A stretch of DNA of 32,000 nucleotides from Candidatus Altimarinota bacterium (GCA_041659405.1 JBAZYK010000009.1:1-32000); one strand, 5' to 3'; numbered from the stretch's first letter, positions 18,938-28,429 are shown. Translations and numbers: made by a program. The notes: a model not told the origin generated them from the letters alone.

Positions 18938-21900
18938 TCATGTATACTCCGCCCACTCTTTAATCTTCAAATCCTCCAGTTTGTATCTCGATAAAGCCTC
19001 AACAATCACACCCGCAACCTGCAAATTGGTCACCAGCGGAATGTTTAAGTCGATGGCTTTACGTCTGATCAAATAGCCATCAGTCACCTCTTCACGACTA
19101 TAATTTTTTGGGATATTGACCACAAGATGAATTTTTCCGCTGCCCAAAAGATCCAACAAATTGGGTTTTTGTTTACCGCTGATTTTGTGTACCAAAGTGT
19201 TGCGAATTTCATTTGCATCCAAAAACGCCGAAGTCCCTTCCGTGGCAAAAAGTTCAAATCCAAGACTCTGCAATTTACGGGCAGACTCCAAAAATTCCGC
19301 TTTATCTTCAATTTTTCCAATGCTCAAAAGTACGCGTTTTTCAGGAATCTTAAATCCAACCGAAATCATTGATTTCAAAAATGCTTCATACATATCATTT
19401 CCAAAACAAGCGACTTCGCCAGTTGAAGCCATTTCTACGCCCAAAACCGGATCGGCACCCTTCAAACGTGAAAAAGAAAATTGCGAAACTTTCACACCAA
19501 CATGATCCAAATCCAAAGTCCTGTAATTTTGTTTACGGAAATAGCTTAAAGATTTTCTGCCAAGCATTGCCTGGGTCGCAATTTCAATAAAATTATAGCC
19601 TGTAACTTTGGATGAAAATGGAAAAGATCGGCTCGCCCGCAGGTTACACTCGATCACCTTAATTTGGTTACTCTTAGCCAAAAATTGGATATTGAAAGGC
19701 CCGGTAATTTTAAGTTCGCGCGCGATTTTTCTGGTAACATCTTTCACTCTGCGAATCGTTTCAATATAAAGTTTTTGCGGAGGAAGCACGATGGACGCAT
19801 CTCCGGAATGCACACCCGCATTTTCAATATGTTCGGCAATCGCATAGATCAAAATATCGCCTTTCAAAGCCACGGCATCGACTTCAATTTCTTTGGCCCC
19901 GGTTTCAAATTTGCTCACCACCACCGGCGCATCAGAAGAAATTCGCGTCGCTTTATTTAAAAACGCCATCAAAGTTTCATCGGTGTGTGCCACGCTCATT
20001 GCCGCACCGGAAAGCACATAAGAAGGTCTTACCAAAACCGGATAACCAACATCTTTCGCAAACTTTTTTACCTGATCAATGCCTGTAAGCTCTTGCCATT
20101 TTGGCTGATCAACTCCCAGTTTATCCAACATTTGTGAAAACTTATGTCGATCTTCGGCACGATCAATATTTTCCGCAGTCGTCCCCATAATTTTAATTTT
20201 TTCCTGCGCAAGTTTAAGCGCCAAATTGTTGGGAACCTGTCCTCCCATCGACACAAAAACGCCTTCAGGATTTTCCTTTTCAATAATATCCATCACTCTT
20301 TCCAAAGACAGTTCATCAAAATACAACTTATCCGACATATCATAATCGGTGGAAACGGTTTCCGGATTATAGTTAATCATGATCGTCTCGTAACCACATT
20401 TTCCGACGGAGGTAAGCGCATTAACGCAGCACCAGTCAAACTCAACCGAAGTTCCAATCGCATAAGGACCAGACCCTAAAACAATCATTTTTTTCTTACC
20501 ACGCGCAGAGCCTTTCTTCTTGCTGAAATCCACATCATCCTCTTCCCCATGATAAGTCAGATAAAGATAATTTGTTTTTGCCGGATATTCCCCCGCCATC
20601 GTATCAATCTGTTTTACCACGGGAATCACACCAAGTTTTTTGCGATAATTGCGAAGATCTTTTTCGGTACGGCCGGTAATTTCGGCTAACTGCTTATCGG
20701 AAAAGCCTTCCTGTTTTACTTTTTTTAAAAGATCCCGCGGCAAATCTTTATGTTTTTTTACTTCCGCTTCCGTCTCCACAATATTTTTTAATTTATCCAA
20801 AAACCACAAATCAATTCCGGAAAGTTTATTGATTTTTTCCGTAGACATTCCTTTTTGCAGAGCTTCCGCAATTGCCACAATGCGGCGAGGAGTTGGATGA
20901 CTTATTTCATTCTCCAAATTTTTGTGTTGGATTCCAAGTTTATCATTTGCCACAAAACCATAAAGCCCAATTTGCAGCATACGCAAGCCTTTTTGCATCA
21001 CTTCTTCAAAGCTTCTGCCAATGGCCATAATTTCTCCAACCGACTTCATTTCGGAAGAAATTTCCTGAGAAACCATGCGGAATTTATCCAAATCCCAGCG
21101 TGGAATTTTCAAAGCAAGATAATCAAGCGCCGGTTCAAAGCAGGCAGTTGTGGTCTTGGTAACGGCATTTTTTAATTCAGGCAAGGTATATCCAAGCGAC
21201 AATTTTGCAGCCACATGAGCCAAAGGATAACCGGTAGCCTTACTCGCAAGGGCCGAACTGCGGCTTAAACGCGCGTTTACTTCAATAATACGATAGTCTT
21301 CAGATTTTGGATCAAGCGCGTATTGAATATTACATTCACCCACAATTTTCAAATGTCTGATTACCTTAATCGCAATTTCACGCAAACGGTGATATTCATG
21401 ATTGGTTAAAGTCTGGGAAGGCGCAATTACAATACTTTCGCCGGTATGAATTCCAAGCGGATCAAAATTTTCCATATTACAAACCGTAATGCAGTTATCG
21501 GCCGCATCACGCACCACTTCATATTCAACTTCCTTCCAACCTTTCAGGTTTTCTTCAACCAAAACCTGTGGGGAATAAGCAAAAGCAGTTTCCAAAAGTT
21601 CATCCAATTCTTTTTCACTGTAAGCAAATCCGGACCCCTTTCCTCCAAGTGCAAAAGCCGCCCGAATAATTACGGGATAGCCAATTTTTTCAGCTGCGCG
21701 CATACCTTCCGCTTTGTTTTTACAGGCCAGACTATTTGGCACCTTCATGCCAATTGAAACCATTTCTTTATTGAAAACTTCACGATCTTCCGTCTTTTGA
21801 ATCGCTTCAACCTGGGTTCCTAAAACGCGAACATTGTGTTTCTTTAAAATATTTTTTTCATGAAGTTCAACTCCACAATTAAGCGCTGTTTGCCCACCAA

Positions 21901-22198
21901 AAGTCAGCAAAATACCGTCAGGTTTTTCTTTTTCGATAACCTTCGAAACAAAATAGGCATTCACCGGCAAAAAATAAATTTTATCAGCCAAACCTTTGCT
22001 GGTCTGATTTGTGGCGATATTTGGATTTATGAGAACTGTAAAAATCCCCTCCTCTTTAAGGGCTTTAATGGCTTGAGAACCGGAATAATCAAATTCACCC
22101 GCTTCACCAATTTTCAACGCTCCAGACCCAAGGATTAAAACCTTTTTTGGATGGGCCCTTTTAAGCGATTTTTTATTAGAAGTAAGGGATGAAACCAT
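18938..22198 (-). CDS. carB: Carbamoyl-phosphate synthase large subunit, CAD/Bacteroidetes-like type
   Basis: GSGALKIGEAGEFDYSGSQAIKALKEEG, two ATP-grasp halves and a C-terminal MGS-like domain (LLSIGKIEDKAEFLESARKLQSLGFELFATEGTSAFL). Confidence 0.96.
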   Translation of the reverse strand: MVSSLTSNKKSLKRAHPKKVLILGSGALKIGEAGEFDYSGSQAIKALKEEGIFTVLINPNIATNQTSKGLADKIYFLPVNAYFVSKVIEKEKPDGILLTFGGQTALNCGVELHEKNILKKHNVRVLGTQVEAIQKTEDREVFNKEMVSIGMKVPNSLACKNKAEGMRAAEKIGYPVIIRAAFALGGKGSGFAYSEKELDELLETAFAYSPQVLVEENLKGWKEVEYEVVRDAADNCITVCNMENFDPLGIHTGESIVIAPSQTLTNHEYHRLREIAIKVIRHLKIVGECNIQYALDPKSEDYRIIEVNARLSRSSALASKATGYPLAHVAAKLSLGYTLPELKNAVTKTTTACFEPALDYLALKIPRWDLDKFRMVSQEISSEMKSVGEIMAIGRSFEEVMQKGLRMLQIGLYGFVANDKLGIQHKNLENEISHPTPRRIVAIAEALQKGMSTEKINKLSGIDLWFLDKLKNIVETEAEVKKHKDLPRDLLKKVKQEGFSDKQLAEITGRTEKDLRNYRKKLGVIPVVKQIDTMAGEYPAKTNYLYLTYHGEEDDVDFSKKKGSARGKKKMIVLGSGPYAIGTSVEFDWCCVNALTSVGKCGYETIMINYNPETVSTDYDMSDKLYFDELSLERVMDIIEKENPEGVFVSMGGQVPNNLALKLAQEKIKIMGTTAENIDRAEDRHKFSQMLDKLGVDQPKWQELTGIDQVKKFAKDVGYPVLVRPSYVLSGAAMSVAHTDETLMAFLNKATRISSDAPVVVSKFETGAKEIEVDAVALKGDILIYAIAEHIENAGVHSGDASIVLPPQKLYIETIRRVKDVTRKIARELKITGPFNIQFLAKSNQIKVIECNLRASRSFPFSSKVTGYNFIEIATQAMLGRKSLSYFRKQNYRTLDLDHVGVKVSQFSFSRLKGADPVLGVEMASTGEVACFGNDMYEAFLKSMISVGFKIPEKRVLLSIGKIEDKAEFLESARKLQSLGFELFATEGTSAFLDANEIRNTLVHKISGKQKPNLLDLLGSGKIHLVVNIPKNYSREEVTDGYLIRRKAIDLNIPLVTNLQVAGVIVEALSRYKLEDLKIKEWAEYT

Positions 22199-22220
22199 TG
22201 ATTTATGAAAAGTTTACCAG

Positions 22221-22249
22221 AGTATAGCGAATGCCTGGAAGCGGAGCAA
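22221..22249 (-). promoter_or_regulatory. Sigma70-like promoter for carB
   Basis: Minus strand TTGCTC - 17 nt - TATACT, 22 nt upstream of the carB ORF start. Confidence 0.6.
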
Positions 22250-22340
22250 TAGAACTCCAATAAAATTCCCCAAAATCACAAATTTTTTAAGAAATGTTAA
22301 TTTATGCTATGCTCATAACCAAAATTCAAGAATTGCACCA

Positions 22341-23336
22341 ATGAAAGAATTTACCAGACAAATTAAGGATTTTGCCAATTCCATCGGCGTTGACCTTATT
22401 GGCATTGCCCCGGCGGAATATGATGAACAGGGCGAACAAAAATTAGCGGATTTTATTCAGGAAGGCCGGCATGGACAAATGACCTATCTTGAAAATTATC
22501 AAAAACGGGTCCGCCCCCAAGAACTATTGCCGGAAGCCAAAAGCGTGATTGTGATTGCGATCAATTATTATCGCGAAGTTCCGGAAACTGCACAGCTCAA
22601 CCGGCAAAGTCCACGGACTCAGCTCACTCAACAAAATCCACCGGCGCAGCCCGCAGTTCCAGAAGGCCGCATCGCCCGTTACGCTTATGGCCGCGATTAT
22701 CACAAGGTCCTTAAAAAAATCCTTAAACAATTAGCCGCTTTTATTCAGCAAAATTCGCCGGATGCCCGCACCCATTTATGCGTGGATTCAAGCCCTATTT
22801 TAGAGAAAAGTTTTGCCGAAAAAGCCGGTCTTGGTTTTATTGGCAAAAATACCACGCTTATTACGCCGGAATTTGGCTCATTTGTGCTCCTTGGCGAAAT
22901 AATTACCACTCTTCAGCTTGATTACGATCAGCCGCGCGTTGGCACCTGCGGCACATGCACTCGCTGTCAGGATGCTTGCCCCACCAAAGCCATTTTAAGC
23001 CCGGGGCAATTGGACGCACGCCGCTGCATTTCGTATCTCACAATCGAAAATCGCGATGAAATTCCCGAAGAGTTCCACAAAAAAATAGGCAACCTGATTT
23101 ATGGCTGCGATATCTGCCAGGAAGTTTGCCCATACAACAAAGCCAATGCCAAACCACTTACTTTAAAAGCTTTTACGGAAGTCAAAATCGCCGGATCATC
23201 AATCCCTCTTCAAGAAATTCTAAATCTAAAAACCGACGAAGAATTTTTGGCACGCTTCGCCGGATCACCGCTAATGCGGGCCAAAAGAAAAGGTCTGCAA
23301 AGAAACGCGCGGATTGCTGCTCATAACGCCATATAG
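22341..23336 (+). CDS. queG: Epoxyqueuosine reductase
   Basis: VIVIAINYY, ARYAYGRDYHKVLKK, KAGLGFIGKNTTLITPEFGSFVLLGEI, and two 4Fe-4S motifs CGTCTRCQDACP / CDICQEVCPYN. Confidence 0.95.
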   Translation: MKEFTRQIKDFANSIGVDLIGIAPAEYDEQGEQKLADFIQEGRHGQMTYLENYQKRVRPQELLPEAKSVIVIAINYYREVPETAQLNRQSPRTQLTQQNPPAQPAVPEGRIARYAYGRDYHKVLKKILKQLAAFIQQNSPDARTHLCVDSSPILEKSFAEKAGLGFIGKNTTLITPEFGSFVLLGEIITTLQLDYDQPRVGTCGTCTRCQDACPTKAILSPGQLDARRCISYLTIENRDEIPEEFHKKIGNLIYGCDICQEVCPYNKANAKPLTLKAFTEVKIAGSSIPLQEILNLKTDEEFLARFAGSPLMRAKRKGLQRNARIAAHNAI

Positions 23337-23353
23337 GCATTTTTGGCCTAGCG

Positions 23354-24214
23354 CTACAAATATTTCTGCATCGGATTACTGATGTCTATGTTTGAAATAT
23401 CCAAATCCACAGCCGCAACCGAAGTATGTCCCGGGTCCTCTTCTTCATAAGTTGGACGATCAGCTCTATAAAAAATTCCAGTCGGGATTTTGTCAGTCTG
23501 CAAAGCTTTTTCCATCGCCATTCCAAAGTTGGTTGGATCATAATTTGGATCACTTTCCAGCTTGTAGCAATTTTGCATAAAGTAAGCGTACGTGTTGATT
23601 TTGTTGAAGGTTACGCAAGGTTGCAGAATATCAACCAGCGCAAAACCCTTATGTTTGATGGCTTCTTCAATAATTTTCGTCAACTGAATTGCATCTCCGG
23701 CCGACCCGCGCGCAATAAAAGTTGCCCCGGCCGCAAGCGCCAACGCAATCGGATTAACTGGTTGTTCAATCACCCCAAAAGGCGTTGAAGGCGATTTATA
23801 TCCCTTTTGACTGGTCGGAGCAGCTTGGCCCTTTGTGAGCCCATAAACCATATTGTCGTGCACCAGATAAGTCATGTCCACATTCCTGCGCATGGTATGA
23901 ATAAAATGTCCCATTCCAATGCCATAACCGTCACCATCGCCACTATCGGCAATTACCGTAAGTTTTGGATTCGCGAATTTTACCGCAACCGCAGGAGGCA
24001 AAGAACGGCCATGCAATGCATGCAAACCGTAAGTGTCCACCCAGTGCGTTAATTTGCTGCTGCAACCGATTCCGGCCACAATCGCCACATTATGCGGCTC
24101 AATTTGCAAATTAACCAAAGCCTGTTTAACCGCAACCTGTATACCAAAATCACCACATCCCGGGCACCAATCCGGCCTTGCTACCGTATTAAAATCTTTA
24201 AGTTCTACTGGCAT
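23354..24214 (-). CDS. korB: 2-oxoacid:ferredoxin oxidoreductase beta subunit
   Basis: RPDWCPGCGDFGIQVAVKQAL, GIGCSSKL, HALHGRSLPPAVAVKFANPKLTVIADSGDGDGYGIGMGHF, MTYLVHDNMVYGLTKGQAAPTS. Confidence 0.95.
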   Translation of the reverse strand: MPVELKDFNTVARPDWCPGCGDFGIQVAVKQALVNLQIEPHNVAIVAGIGCSSKLTHWVDTYGLHALHGRSLPPAVAVKFANPKLTVIADSGDGDGYGIGMGHFIHTMRRNVDMTYLVHDNMVYGLTKGQAAPTSQKGYKSPSTPFGVIEQPVNPIALALAAGATFIARGSAGDAIQLTKIIEEAIKHKGFALVDILQPCVTFNKINTYAYFMQNCYKLESDPNYDPTNFGMAMEKALQTDKIPTGIFYRADRPTYEEEDPGHTSVAAVDLDISNIDISNPMQKYL

Positions 24215-24224
24215 AATAATTAAT

Positions 24225-26126
24225 TTAATTAATTTTCACATCAATCAAATCCGCAACAATCTCTTTGGTTCGATCAAAAATTTCATGTGCGGTAAATTGC
24301 CTGCCGCTATATTTCAAAATTTTATGAGGGATGAAGAACCCGGTTTTTTCTGATATTAAAGCCGCCAATTGAGCCTCACTATTCATCTCCACATCAATCA
24401 TCAATTTGCACGCTCGCAAAATTTCATTAATTTCTTTGGAGTGAAATGGCGACATATAAACAATTTGCAACATTTGTGCGTGCACTCCTTCCGCTTCCAA
24501 CATTTCCATAACTTCCAAAACCGCATCTTTTGGCGATCCCCAAGTAACAAAAGTAATGTCAGCTTTGCTCGCATCTTTTAACGAAACCGGTACGCGCTTC
24601 AAAACAGAACTTCCCGCGGTTCCCTTATCATCATTAATTTCCCTTTCCACTCTTATCAAATGTGGCGCAGGAATTTCCACCAAAGCTTTTTGTAATTTTA
24701 GAGCACGTTTTTCAACCATCCTGCTGCGATTTTCCTCGGTTTCGGTTAAATCGCCCGTTTCATCATGTTCATCAGTCGCGCTGCGATGAATGCCACCTTT
24801 CATTCCTGGAATTGTTCGATAAGAAACGCCATCGTCGGTAAATTTATAACGCATAAAATTATCATCCGGCGTTAGATATTCTTTCTTTGTTCGCAGTTCC
24901 TCAAGCCCCTTCTGGCTCAACAGCTTTCCACGATCAACTTTTAGTCCCTCAGTATTAAATTGCTCAACCGTTTTTACGCTTTCCGCCAAGTGTTTATCGC
25001 TCAAAATTAAAACCGGCGTTTGATATCTTTCCGCTTGATTAAAAGCTTCAAAAGTTAAATAAAAACACTCTTCAAAATCACCCGGCGCCATCACAATTCT
25101 TGGGAATTCACCCTGTGATGCATGCAAAACAAATTGCAAATCGCACTGCTCCGTGCGCGTAGGTAAGCCCGTAGAAGGACCCGGTCTTTGCACATTTACG
25201 CAAACCAACGGCACTTCGCACATTCCTCCAAACCCCAAAGCCTCCACCATCAAAGAAAATCCGCCGCCACTTGTTCCCGTCATCGCGCGCACTCCGGCCC
25301 ATCCGGCACCAACAACCATATTCATTGCCGCAATTTCATCCTCGGTATGTTTAACAATAATGTTGTAATCCTTGGCATGTGCAGCCATAAAATGCAGGAT
25401 GGAAGAACTTGGCGTCATCGGATATTCGGCCACAAATTTGCAACCCGCTTTCAACGCGCCCAAACATAAAGCATCATTCCCCGTGAGTAACATGCGCTTA
25501 GGTTGGTCTTCAACTTTTTGTAATTTATATTCAAATTTTTCGGGAGCACCCGCTGCATGTCCACCGTCTTTATAATTTTCACGCACATAATCATACCCTG
25601 CTTGAGCCGCAGCCAAATTATTGGCCACCATCTGCTCCCCTTTGCGCCCAAACATTTCCCTCAAAAGTTCAAATAAAATTTCCAAATCATAATCAACAAG
25701 AGCAAAACACGCCGCCACTCCAACCGTATTTCTGGTGATGTCCCCTTTCCCTTTTTCAATGGCGATTTTTTTGAGTGGCACCGCAAAAACCTTTACACCT
25801 TCAGGTATTTTTATAGTTTCCGGTTTGATCACATCCATATCAAAAACAACGCCTCCGCCCTGCACAATTTCTTTTAAATGCAGATCCAAAGTTTCTTTAT
25901 TCATGGCCAGTAGCAGATCCAGACGTTCTTTATGAACCATCACTTCTCGGTCCGCCACACGAATCACATCGCTGTTATGCCCGCCACGAATCAACGAAGG
26001 ATACTCAGCAGTTCCAAAAGCCTGCAAGCCTCCACGGGCTGCAGCAAGCGCAAAAATATGCCCGGCGCTCTGGATTCCAAATCCGGCTTCGCCACCAATC
26101 ATCCAAGTTAAATCGTTGAGTTTCAT
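24225..26126 (-). CDS. korA: 2-oxoacid:ferredoxin oxidoreductase, fused gamma-alpha subunit
   Basis: N-terminal gamma domain (IGGEAGFGIQSAGHIFALAAARGG) fused to alpha domain (GNDALCLGALKAGCKFVAEYPMTPSSSILHFMA... GTSGGGFSLMVEALGFGGM). Confidence 0.95.
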   Translation of the reverse strand: MKLNDLTWMIGGEAGFGIQSAGHIFALAAARGGLQAFGTAEYPSLIRGGHNSDVIRVADREVMVHKERLDLLLAMNKETLDLHLKEIVQGGGVVFDMDVIKPETIKIPEGVKVFAVPLKKIAIEKGKGDITRNTVGVAACFALVDYDLEILFELLREMFGRKGEQMVANNLAAAQAGYDYVRENYKDGGHAAGAPEKFEYKLQKVEDQPKRMLLTGNDALCLGALKAGCKFVAEYPMTPSSSILHFMAAHAKDYNIIVKHTEDEIAAMNMVVGAGWAGVRAMTGTSGGGFSLMVEALGFGGMCEVPLVCVNVQRPGPSTGLPTRTEQCDLQFVLHASQGEFPRIVMAPGDFEECFYLTFEAFNQAERYQTPVLILSDKHLAESVKTVEQFNTEGLKVDRGKLLSQKGLEELRTKKEYLTPDDNFMRYKFTDDGVSYRTIPGMKGGIHRSATDEHDETGDLTETEENRSRMVEKRALKLQKALVEIPAPHLIRVEREINDDKGTAGSSVLKRVPVSLKDASKADITFVTWGSPKDAVLEVMEMLEAEGVHAQMLQIVYMSPFHSKEINEILRACKLMIDVEMNSEAQLAALISEKTGFFIPHKILKYSGRQFTAHEIFDRTKEIVADLIDVKIN

Positions 26127-26231
26127 AATTGCAAAAAAATATTTTTAGTGAACCATGTTTTAGTCAAATTCTTCCGAAAAGGCCTTCCCTTAAGCCTCGC
26201 AAGCATACCCAAACCATATTAAAAGCGCAAA

Positions 26232-26576
26232 TTAATAATCGCACTCGGGCAAATCCTGATCCTCCTCCATTTTTTCGCAAGTTTCAATTTTTACAGTCTT
26301 AACAGTTCCCTCCCCAAATTTTTTATTGATAGCCTCCATAATCTGTTGCCGTTTCATCATTACGGTCTGCGCCCACATCGAATTATAAACACCAATTATT
26401 AAATTCGCGCGGCCCTCATCATAAGTTTTCGGAAAAGTTTCACGCACCCACGCCTCCGGAAATAATCCAGGCGCAATCTTTCGATATTCCTGACAAATAT
26501 GGATCGCCTTCATCTGCTTCGTAAAGCCATAATGGCCCGCCGCTTTAGCTAAGAAATTCTGTAATGGATCAAACAT
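26232..26576 (-). CDS. DUF721/DciA-like protein
   Basis: Size and C-terminal pattern NLIIGVYNSMWAQTVMMKRQQIMEAINKKFGEGTVKTVKI resemble DUF721. Confidence 0.6.
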   Translation of the reverse strand: MFDPLQNFLAKAAGHYGFTKQMKAIHICQEYRKIAPGLFPEAWVRETFPKTYDEGRANLIIGVYNSMWAQTVMMKRQQIMEAINKKFGEGTVKTVKIETCEKMEEDQDLPECDY

Positions 26577-26597
26577 TTTAAATTAATTATTGATGAT

Positions 26598-26739
26598 TTT
26601 TTACTCCTATTTTTTTGTGCAGACAACCTCGAGGCCGAGCGGGCATGGCTGCCGCAGGCAGAGCGAGGCCGAGAGCTTAGCGCGGCTCGACTCGCAGGGG
26701 CGAGCAAGCGGGTCTGCACGGAAAAATAGGAGTAAAAAA
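26598..26739. repeat. Long hairpin, type B GC-rich core, with 28 bp arms (26598-26625/26712-26739)
   Basis: The arms match over 28 positions, with two adjacent T/C differences that would be G.U wobbles in RNA read from the + strand. The core contains cgaggccgag twice (26631, 26665). Confidence 0.88.
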
Positions 26740-26740
26740 A

Positions 26741-27862
26741 TCAGTCCTGTTTATAAATTTTCAAAGTTTCCTGAGCCATTTTATCCCACGAGAAAAATTT
26801 CACCCGTTCAAGTCCACGGCGAATCAGCTCCTCACGCAGCGACTTTCGACTAATCACCTCAAAGATTTTTTCAGCCATATTTCGCACATTCATTGGATTA
26901 AAAAAGATCGCGTTTCCTTCTCCACAAATTTCCGGAATGCAGGAAGTATTAGAAGCCGCAACCGGAATTCCGCAGGCCATAGCCTCCAAAGGCGGCAACC
27001 CAAAACCCTCATACAATGAAGGAAAAACATACATTAGCGCGCCATTATACAATGGTATCAAATCCTCATCGGCAACCAATCCCGTAAAAATCACATCAGG
27101 TTCAAGCTGCAACGACATGGCTTTATCCACAATTTCAGGCGCGTACAAAGGATCTTGCCTGCCAGTTATCACCAAATATCCATCAAAACCATATTCATTT
27201 TTCAAAATATAAAAAGCCTCCAACAAATTCGTTAAATTTTTATGACTCCGCCAAACTCCGGTATACAGTAAATACGGCTTATCCAAATGATATTTCGCTT
27301 TTATCTTTTGTGTTTGAGCCGCGCTTTCTTCCACGCGTTTAAAATTTGATCCAACTCCTTCATAAATCACGGCGATTTTTTCTGCAGGAACTTTGAACAG
27401 TTTTTGCAGATCTTTGCTGGTATTTCGTGAAACCGCAATCACTTTTTCTGCCTTCTTCACCGCATGCCCAAGCGTTAATTGATAAGCAATTCTGTAAGCC
27501 GGAGAATTCATTTTTTTGCCCGGGTAAAAAGACAAAGTCAGATCATGAATTGTCACCACAAATGGCCGTCGATACAAAATTGGCGCATTAAAATGGGTAA
27601 AATGCATCATATCCAACTTTTCACGGTTCAGTATCCGCAAAAATTTCCATTGTTCCGCCATAGAATAATGTCGGGCATTCACCAAAACCTTTTTCACCCG
27701 CGGACTTTTTGGCTGAAACTTCTCAAATTCCGGTTCATTGAAAAACAAAACATACTCATTTTCCCGGTCGATTTCAAACAACCGGTCGGTTAATTCATGA
27801 ACATAGCGTCCAATCCCCGTAAAAGCCGATGAATACATCCGACAATCGATGCCAATTTTCAT
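26741..27862 (-). CDS. Glycosyltransferase family 4 (GT-B)
   Basis: MKIGIDCRMYSSAFTGIGRYVHELTDRL, AVSRNTSKDLQKLF, YPSLYEGFGLPPLEAMACGIPVAASNTSCIPEICG. Confidence 0.94.
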   Translation of the reverse strand: MKIGIDCRMYSSAFTGIGRYVHELTDRLFEIDRENEYVLFFNEPEFEKFQPKSPRVKKVLVNARHYSMAEQWKFLRILNREKLDMMHFTHFNAPILYRRPFVVTIHDLTLSFYPGKKMNSPAYRIAYQLTLGHAVKKAEKVIAVSRNTSKDLQKLFKVPAEKIAVIYEGVGSNFKRVEESAAQTQKIKAKYHLDKPYLLYTGVWRSHKNLTNLLEAFYILKNEYGFDGYLVITGRQDPLYAPEIVDKAMSLQLEPDVIFTGLVADEDLIPLYNGALMYVFPSLYEGFGLPPLEAMACGIPVAASNTSCIPEICGEGNAIFFNPMNVRNMAEKIFEVISRKSLREELIRRGLERVKFFSWDKMAQETLKIYKQD

Positions 27863-27870
27863 ATATGAGT

Positions 27871-28128
27871 TTATTTGTAAACGTCTTTTCTATGGCCAAC
27901 ATCATGTATTGTAATCAGATTTTGCTCTTTAATAAACAAAATTCTGTAATCGCCTACTCTTAAACGATATCCTTCTTTTGGAGCTCTCAATTTTTTAATG
28001 TTTAACGAATGGAATAATACAGGATCTGTTAATTTTTCAAGAGCGATTTGCGCGCGGTCCCTTAAAGATTTTCCCATCTTTAAAAATTGTTTCGAGGCCG
28101 ATCTTGTAAATTCCAATTTATAATTCAT
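27871..28128 (-). CDS. RelE/ParE-family toxin
   Basis: MNYKLEFTRSASKQFLKMGKSLRDRAQIAL...YRLRVGDYRILFIKEQNLITIHDVGHRKDVYK. Confidence 0.9.
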   Translation of the reverse strand: MNYKLEFTRSASKQFLKMGKSLRDRAQIALEKLTDPVLFHSLNIKKLRAPKEGYRLRVGDYRILFIKEQNLITIHDVGHRKDVYK

Positions 28129-28388
28129 CGGGTTTTCTTTTTTAAAGATTCCCAGGCAATATTTTTTTTACCTTTATTTTTAATGACAGATTTAACGAGT
28201 TTTTCGCTATCCACCTTGTCTTCATAAGCCTGCACTAAGCTATTATAGGTATCCAGATCAATCAAAACCGCCTGGATATTATCATTGGAAACAACCACGG
28301 GGTTGCCTTCAATAACCTGCTTAAAATAACTTGCCAATTTTTGGCGAAATTCAGTTATGCCTACATTTTTTTGGATTTTAACGTACAT
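28125..28388 (-). CDS. Phd/YefM-like antitoxin
   Basis: GITEFRQKLASYFKQVIEGNPVVVSNDNIQAVLIDLDTYNSL. Overlaps the toxin start by 4 nt. Upstream in-frame ATG at 28424-28422 is a duplicate candidate start. Confidence 0.87.
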   Translation of the reverse strand: MYVKIQKNVGITEFRQKLASYFKQVIEGNPVVVSNDNIQAVLIDLDTYNSLVQAYEDKVDSEKLVKSVIKNKGKKNIAWESLKKKTR

Positions 28389-28429
28389 ATAAATGTTAGT
28401 TATAATGTAAATTTTAACGTACATTATAA
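28375..28429. promoter_or_regulatory. Putative operator region of the Phd/RelE-like module: 10 bp perfect inverted repeat overlapping a 14 bp direct repeat
   Basis: ttataatgta(28400-28409)-10 nt-tacattataa(28420-28429). ATTTTAACGTACAT at 28375-28388 and 28411-28424. Confidence 0.6.

Noticed and set aside
19127-22138. Numerous + strand ORFs antisense to carB, and similar shadow ORFs opposite korA, korB, vanW and the PPDK-like gene
   Set aside because: They lie opposite strongly conserved coding sequence, have no recognisable domains and show translated-antisense composition.
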